From Ascoidea asiatica JCM 7603 (lineage: Eukaryota; Fungi; Ascomycota), in assembly GCA_001600695.1 (NCBI GenBank), contig BCKQ01000001.1, positions 1,116,732-1,180,731 of the forward strand: DNA of 64,000 bases. Direction: 5' to 3'. The notes beneath the pieces were generated by a model, which made no database searches, was not told the DNA's origin, and saw only the letters and a program-made list of their open reading frames with translations. Below, in pieces: positions 58,427-64,000 of this stretch. Position 1 is the first letter of the stretch, and each line of letters begins with the position of its first letter. A program made the translations under genes and the position numbers.

Positions 58427-60856
58427 TCAAAAGAATGAAGATCTTTTTTTCTTATTTGATGAAGATGATCTCTTTTTTTTATTTTTGCTTGAACTTTGAA
58501 AAAAATTTGCAAAAGGGTTTCCAGTATTACCACCGGATTTTTGTTGAAAAGATTGTTTAAAAAACTGATTTGAACCAGAACTTTGACCATTTCCACCAAA
58601 ATTGAAATGAAAATTAGTATTACCATTACCATTTGAACCAAATGGAGATCTATTATTACCAAAAGGGTTAAAATTCTGATGATGTTGATGATTATTATTT
58701 GGAGAAGCACCTCTTAATGGATCATTTGGATCATCACCAAGATCATAATTTTTTCTTAAATCTGAATCTGATAAAACTTCATAAGCTTTATTTATTTCAG
58801 ACATTTTATTTTCAATTTCTTCTTTTGACTTATCATTTGATTTATATTTATCAGGATGATAAGTTTTAACTAAATTTCTGTAAGCTTTTTTAATTTCTTT
58901 ATCATCTGCATTTCTAGAAACACCTAAAATTTTATAATAATCATTTTGTGGTGGAGTAGGTTGTCTATGTTGTTGTTGTTGTTGGTATTGATGCTGTTGA
59001 TGCTGTTGTTGTTGATTATGCTGCTGTTGTTGTCTATTATGATTATTGATTAAGGATTGAATTTTATTATTATAATGAATAAATAATTTATCATTTTCTT
59101 TATTTTTTTTATTTGAAAATTGATCAATAATTTTTTTTAAAATTTTTAAATTTTTTAAATCATTTGATTTTAATAATAAAGAATTTAGATTTGGTATAAT
59201 TAAAGGTAAAAAATTATTAAATTGATTTAAATTATTTAAATCAATTTCATTAATATTATAAAATTTTTTAATTTGAATTTGAATATTATCAATATTAATA
59301 TTTAATTTTTTTAAATTATTTTTAAATTTTTGATTTTGATCAATATTAATATAATAATAAGAATATAAAATTGCTTTATTTAAATTATTTATGAAATTAT
59401 TAATAATTATATGATTTTTATTATTAATATTATTAAAATAATCTAAATCATTGTTATTTGAATCAATTGGATAAAATAAATTATTATTAAATAAATGATT
59501 TAAATGAGTAAATAAATGATAATTATTTTTGAAATTGGTTTTAAAATTTTTTTTCAAATCAAACTTTGAAATCAATAAAGGATGATCATTATTGAATAAA
59601 ATATTTAAAAAATTTAAAAGACTTTTACTATTTAAAGGTATGTTATCATTATCATCAATATTATCATTGATTGAATTGAATTGATTGATATTAAATTCAA
59701 TATCATTAAGATTATTGTTATTGTTGTTATCATTATTTTGATTAATAAGATAATAGGAATCAATTTTAGTTGAAAGAGTATTAAAAATAGGTATGAATTT
59801 TAAATTTAATAAATTATTATTATTATTTAAAAATTTATTAAAAAATTTTAAAATTTTATTATCTGGAAAGAATTTTAAAGAATTTTTAAAATAAATTTTT
59901 GAAATTTTAAAATTTGAATTAAAGAATAAAAATAAAGAAGATAAATTTAAATAGTTTTTGAAATTTTTATTTGAAATTTTAATAATATTTAAATAAATAG
60001 AAATTAAATCATTAATTGAATCAATTTTTTCAATATTTATATTATTTATATCATTTTTATTGCTTTTATAAGTATTAGTTATATTATTTAAAGTTTGAGA
60101 AAGATAAGAATTATATAAATTTAAATTAAATGGGGAAATTTTAATTGCATTTAAATAATCTTTTTGATTTATTAAATTGATTAAATTATTATAATTTTTA
60201 ATAATATCATTATAAATTGGTGAATTATTTGAAAGATTAATATAATTTGATAAGATATAATTAAAATTATCTAAATTACCAAATTTTAAATATAAATTTA
60301 ATAAATTTTTATAAATCATTAATAACATTTTTTCATTAATATAAGTTGAATAATGAATTGAAAATTGAGAATTATTTGAATTATGATATAAATTTAAAAA
60401 ATTATTTAAATCTAAAATAACTGAATTTAAATTTTTATTTAAAGATATATTTAATATAGATTTATTATACCATAATTTTAAGAATAGAATATTTAAATTT
60501 TGAATTGAAATTTTATCATTATTTTCATTATTTTCATTTGATATTGAATTTGAGATTGAATTATTAAGATTATATAATTGAGATTGAATTTGATTATAAT
60601 TATCTAAGAGATCAATTGAAGGATATTGAGTTGATAGATTATTCAATTGAGATAGATAATCATTGAATAGATTATTATTATTATTATTATTAATATTAAT
60701 ATTATTATTATTTTGATTATCAATTTTTTCATTAACTATTATTGAATCATTTGAAGAGGTATTTGAATTGGAAATTTTAGAAGAAAAAGATATATGAAAT
60801 AATAAAAAATTGATTAAGATATATAAACAGTGATGCAAATTCATTATTATAATCAT
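58427..60856 (-). CDS. JEM1: ER DnaJ co-chaperone (Jem1/DNAJC3-like)
   Basis: Signal-like N-terminus after ATG 60856 (or 60844); long helical TPR-like body; J domain DYYKILGV...YHPDK...[10 protein letters not shown]...[10 protein letters not shown]; G/F-rich tail. Confidence 0.78.
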   Translation of the reverse strand: MIIIMNLHHCLYILINFLLFHISFSSKISNSNTSSNDSIIVNEKIDNQNNNNININNNNNNNLFNDYLSQLNNLSTQYPSIDLLDNYNQIQSQLYNLNNSISNSISNENNENNDKISIQNLNILFLKLWYNKSILNISLNKNLNSVILDLNNFLNLYHNSNNSQFSIHYSTYINEKMLLMIYKNLLNLYLKFGNLDNFNYILSNYINLSNNSPIYNDIIKNYNNLINLINQKDYLNAIKISPFNLNLYNSYLSQTLNNITNTYKSNKNDINNINIEKIDSINDLISIYLNIIKISNKNFKNYLNLSSLFLFFNSNFKISKIYFKNSLKFFPDNKILKFFNKFLNNNNNLLNLKFIPIFNTLSTKIDSYYLINQNNDNNNNNNLNDIEFNINQFNSINDNIDDNDNIPLNSKSLLNFLNILFNNDHPLLISKFDLKKNFKTNFKNNYHLFTHLNHLFNNNLFYPIDSNNNDLDYFNNINNKNHIIINNFINNLNKAILYSYYYINIDQNQKFKNNLKKLNINIDNIQIQIKKFYNINEIDLNNLNQFNNFLPLIIPNLNSLLLKSNDLKNLKILKKIIDQFSNKKNKENDKLFIHYNNKIQSLINNHNRQQQQHNQQQQHQQHQYQQQQQHRQPTPPQNDYYKILGVSRNADDKEIKKAYRNLVKTYHPDKYKSNDKSKEEIENKMSEINKAYEVLSDSDLRKNYDLGDDPNDPLRGASPNNNHQHHQNFNPFGNNRSPFGSNGNGNTNFHFNFGGNGQSSGSNQFFKQSFQQKSGGNTGNPFANFFQSSSKNKKKRSSSSNKKKRSSFF

Positions 60857-61867
60857 TTTGAAAAGGTTTTTAACATTGTTTACTATAAGCAAATGGCAAT
60901 TGTATTTTTTTTATTGATGTATTTATTTGAGATTAGAGATATTTCAACAATTTTTCAATAAAGGTTCTTTTTCACAGCTTTCACAGCTTTCACAGCTTTA
61001 ATATTTTCAATATATCTTCTAGCAGTTTCGAGACTGCGACAGAGACAGTAAAAGCAGTGTTTTTTCAATTCAGTGCCAAAACAAAGCTGCAACCCGGCAA
61101 AAAAACAAGAAAAAGAAGAAACACCGCAAAACTGGCCTCAACTGTCGTTTAAGAGGTCCAGAAAATACAGACCTCCAAGGCAAACCCCGTACTCAACACG
61201 CTGTCGTTATATCACATGATCTAGTCACATGACGCTCGCAAGGCCTTCTTGTCTGAGACCGTATTCCTGGGTCTGTTTAAAAGTACCACTGCATTGGTGT
61301 TTACCATTCCCAGGGGTACTTTTGGCTGCAGGTGTGTTTGTGGCTGTGCCCGTGGCTGAGAGGTGACGGCTGACGCGGTGGCGCAGTGAGTGTGAGAGGT
61401 GAGCGTGTTGGCGTAGCACTGCCACAGTATCGGTACTCAACTGCTATTAACTACTATTCACTACTGCTTTCTTTTTACTCTGTTTACTCTCTTTCGCCAT
61501 TTCTTTATTTATTCTTTATTCTATTCTTTATATTCTATTTTTTGATATATTCCTTTAATTTTTTATTCTTTTTATTCTTGATTTGTTGTTTTCTTCTTAA
61601 ATTATTGATAGATTAATACATTGATAGATTGTTGAATTAAATATTTCCATTCTTTCAAAACCCAATTATGGTTTGATTCTCAATTCTCGCTTTCACTTTT
61701 CTTTTCTTTTCTTTTCTTTCTTTTATATCTTTTAACGTTATTGATATATTCAATCTTAAAAAAGACCAAGTATTATTTATAATTCATTAATTTCTAATTT
61801 CCAATATTGGTCTCAAATCTTTAAATCTTCAAATCTTTAGATCTAAATTATTCAAATCTATTTAAAA

Positions 61868-64000
61868 ATGTCTTCAACTTTAGATCCTGCAAAATCTCCT
61901 TCAATTTCATTTCCTACAACTTCAAATTCTTTAAATCCAATAAATTCTCCAATTTCTCAAATTTCTCAAAATTCTCCTATTTCTTTAAATCAAAATAATA
62001 AAAATGATTTAACTATAAAAGTTAATAATGATAACAATGAATCTAAAGAAGAATCTAAAGATAAAAATGAAATAAAACCTTCTACTCCTTCAAAAACTTC
62101 TCCTTCAAATCCTTCTTTAACGCCTTCTGTTGATTTAAATGATCCAAAAATTAAAAATGTTTTAATTTCTGATTATTCTTTAGATTTATTATTAACAAAA
62201 TTAAAAAAATCAATAAATATTTGTGATGAAATTTCTAAATTTTTTAAAAAAAAAGCAAATTTAAATTTAGAATATATTGATCATTTAAAAAAAACTATAA
62301 ATCAATTAAAATCTTCTTTAAAAGATCCAAGTTTAAATGATATCATAACATCATCATCATCTTCAACAACATCTTCAACAACTAATAATAATAATTCTAA
62401 CTCTAATAATATAAATACAAATAGTAATATTGATAGTTTTAATTTAAAATTTATAAATTTATTATCTTTTGATGATAAATTATATAGTGTTAATCATTCT
62501 TTTATAACTTCTTTAATTAAAATTTCAAATGATTTAAATGATTTAAAAGAAATTTATATCAAAAAACGTAAAATTTTAAAAGATGAATCAAAAAAACATG
62601 AAAAAGATTATTTAGATTCAATTAATCATGCAAATAAAGCAAAACAAAAATATTATCAAATTTCAAATGATTTAGAAAAATTAAAAACAAATGATCCAAC
62701 TAAATTAAATAAATTAAATTTAGCTATAAGAGGTAAAGCAAATAAAAATTTACAACAATTAGAAAATGATTTAATGATTAAATTAAATATTTTAAATAAT
62801 GATTATAAATTAAAATCAAATCAATGTATTTTAAAACAAAAAAATTTATTAAATATTATTAGACCAAATTATTCAAATAATTTAAAAAATTATATTTTAT
62901 CTTTAAATTTATCTGTAAATTTAAAATTACAAGAATATTCAAATTTACAAGAATCTTTATTATTACATTCCGCAATTACCATTTCTCCATTACAATCAAA
63001 TAAAAATACAATTAAATCAATTGTTATGTCAATAGATGTTGAAAAAGATTTATATAATTATTTAATTAAAAATTCAAAAAAATTATATAAATCTGAATTA
63101 AATCCAATTCAATATAAAACTCATCCATTTTTTACAAATCATCAAGATAATTTAAATTCTCATAAAAAATCTCATTCAAAATCAAATTCAAATACTTTTT
63201 CAATAAATCATTCTCATACTAAATCTTCTTCAAATTCAATATTATCAAATGATATTTCTTCAAAACCAATTCCAAATATACCCATAAGTAGTAATTTAAC
63301 TCCAAATTTAAATTCAAATACAAATACAAATTCAAATTCAAATGCTTTCAGTAGTTCAGTAATATCTCAAACTGCTCCTTTAAATCCTCATTTTACTGGT
63401 GATACAATTGATCCAAATTTAGATACTATTAAAAAAATTACTACTGATATTGATAATAATAAAGATAGTTCTTTTCCAACTATCACTACTTCTTTAGATC
63501 CATTAAAAAGTAGTACTAATACAACTAATACACTTGATACAAATTACACTTCTATTAATAATAATGATAATACTTTAACTAATAATCCATTTTCAATCTC
63601 TCAATTTTCTGCTCTTAATAATATACCTGAAAATAATTTTTCAAATCATTCAAATCTTGGTATATCAATTGATCCATTACCTGGAATTATTATACCTAGT
63701 GAAAAAAATTTCAAAACTTTCAATGTTCCAATTGAAAATTTAATTATTGAAGAAAATTTTGTACCATATATTGTTAAATATTGTATACATTTAATTGATT
63801 TATATGGTTTAAATATCGAAGGTTTATATAGAACTTCTGGAAATTCTTTAAAAGTTCAAGAATTAAAAGAATCTATAAATAATAATCCAAACAATATCAT
63901 TCAAATTATTCCAAAAGATACTAATAATATCATTGATGGTGATATTTATATTATAACTTCATTATTAAAATCTTTTTTCTTAAATTTACCTGAACCTTTA
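61868..64000 (+). CDS. RGD1: F-BAR plus RhoGAP protein Rgd1; 3' end lies outside the window (absent from the ORF track)
   Basis: ATG 61868 with the frame open to the window end. F-BAR start LLTKLKKSINICDEISKFFKKK; RhoGAP FNVPIE...VPYIVKYCI..IDLYGLNIEGLYRTSG...SLLKSFFLNLPEPL. Confidence 0.88.
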   Translation, partial: MSSTLDPAKSPSISFPTTSNSLNPINSPISQISQNSPISLNQNNKNDLTIKVNNDNNESKEESKDKNEIKPSTPSKTSPSNPSLTPSVDLNDPKIKNVLISDYSLDLLLTKLKKSINICDEISKFFKKKANLNLEYIDHLKKTINQLKSSLKDPSLNDIITSSSSSTTSSTTNNNNSNSNNINTNSNIDSFNLKFINLLSFDDKLYSVNHSFITSLIKISNDLNDLKEIYIKKRKILKDESKKHEKDYLDSINHANKAKQKYYQISNDLEKLKTNDPTKLNKLNLAIRGKANKNLQQLENDLMIKLNILNNDYKLKSNQCILKQKNLLNIIRPNYSNNLKNYILSLNLSVNLKLQEYSNLQESLLLHSAITISPLQSNKNTIKSIVMSIDVEKDLYNYLIKNSKKLYKSELNPIQYKTHPFFTNHQDNLNSHKKSHSKSNSNTFSINHSHTKSSSNSILSNDISSKPIPNIPISSNLTPNLNSNTNTNSNSNAFSSSVISQTAPLNPHFTGDTIDPNLDTIKKITTDIDNNKDSSFPTITTSLDPLKSSTNTTNTLDTNYTSINNNDNTLTNNPFSISQFSALNNIPENNFSNHSNLGISIDPLPGIIIPSEKNFKTFNVPIENLIIEENFVPYIVKYCIHLIDLYGLNIEGLYRTSGNSLKVQELKESINNNPNNIIQIIPKDTNNIIDGDIYIITSLLKSFFLNLPEPL

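Overview
About 64 kb of a very AT-rich budding-yeast (Saccharomycotina) nuclear chromosome. The Asn-rich proteins and a canonical GTATGT/TACTAAC/TAG intron suggest an Ascoidea- or [Candida] boidinii-like genome, but the species cannot be fixed from this window. It holds about 22 genes: a 5'-truncated Zn2Cys6 transcription factor, an omega-3 desaturase (FAD3-type), LOC1, ANP1, BEM4, MSF1, SKY1, an intron-containing GIGYF/SMY2-SYH1 gene, VHR1, a disrupted DHA1 MFS transporter, a BCAS3-like WD40 protein, a CREG-like protein, a CFEM-like GPI protein, a two-RRM protein, THO1, SHG1, a divergent Cul4-like cullin, JEM1, a 3'-truncated RGD1, and three orphans. I found no tRNA, rRNA or intact transposon. 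No single novel multi-gene system is proven. The best leads are: (i) a secreted orphan whose C-terminal domain looks bacterial (possible horizontal transfer); (ii) an LTR-less orphan with a Ty1/copia Gag-like motif (possible domesticated capsid); (iii) a hidden first exon that gives the yeast GIGYF a metazoan-like FGPxW N-terminus, alongside a YxxxxL-hydrophobic eIF4E/4EHP-binding motif; (iv) GC/CpG-rich islands in promoters carrying homotypic motif clusters, including a TGAYT array upstream of VHR1 itself. Family assignments come from recalled motifs; no database search was run.
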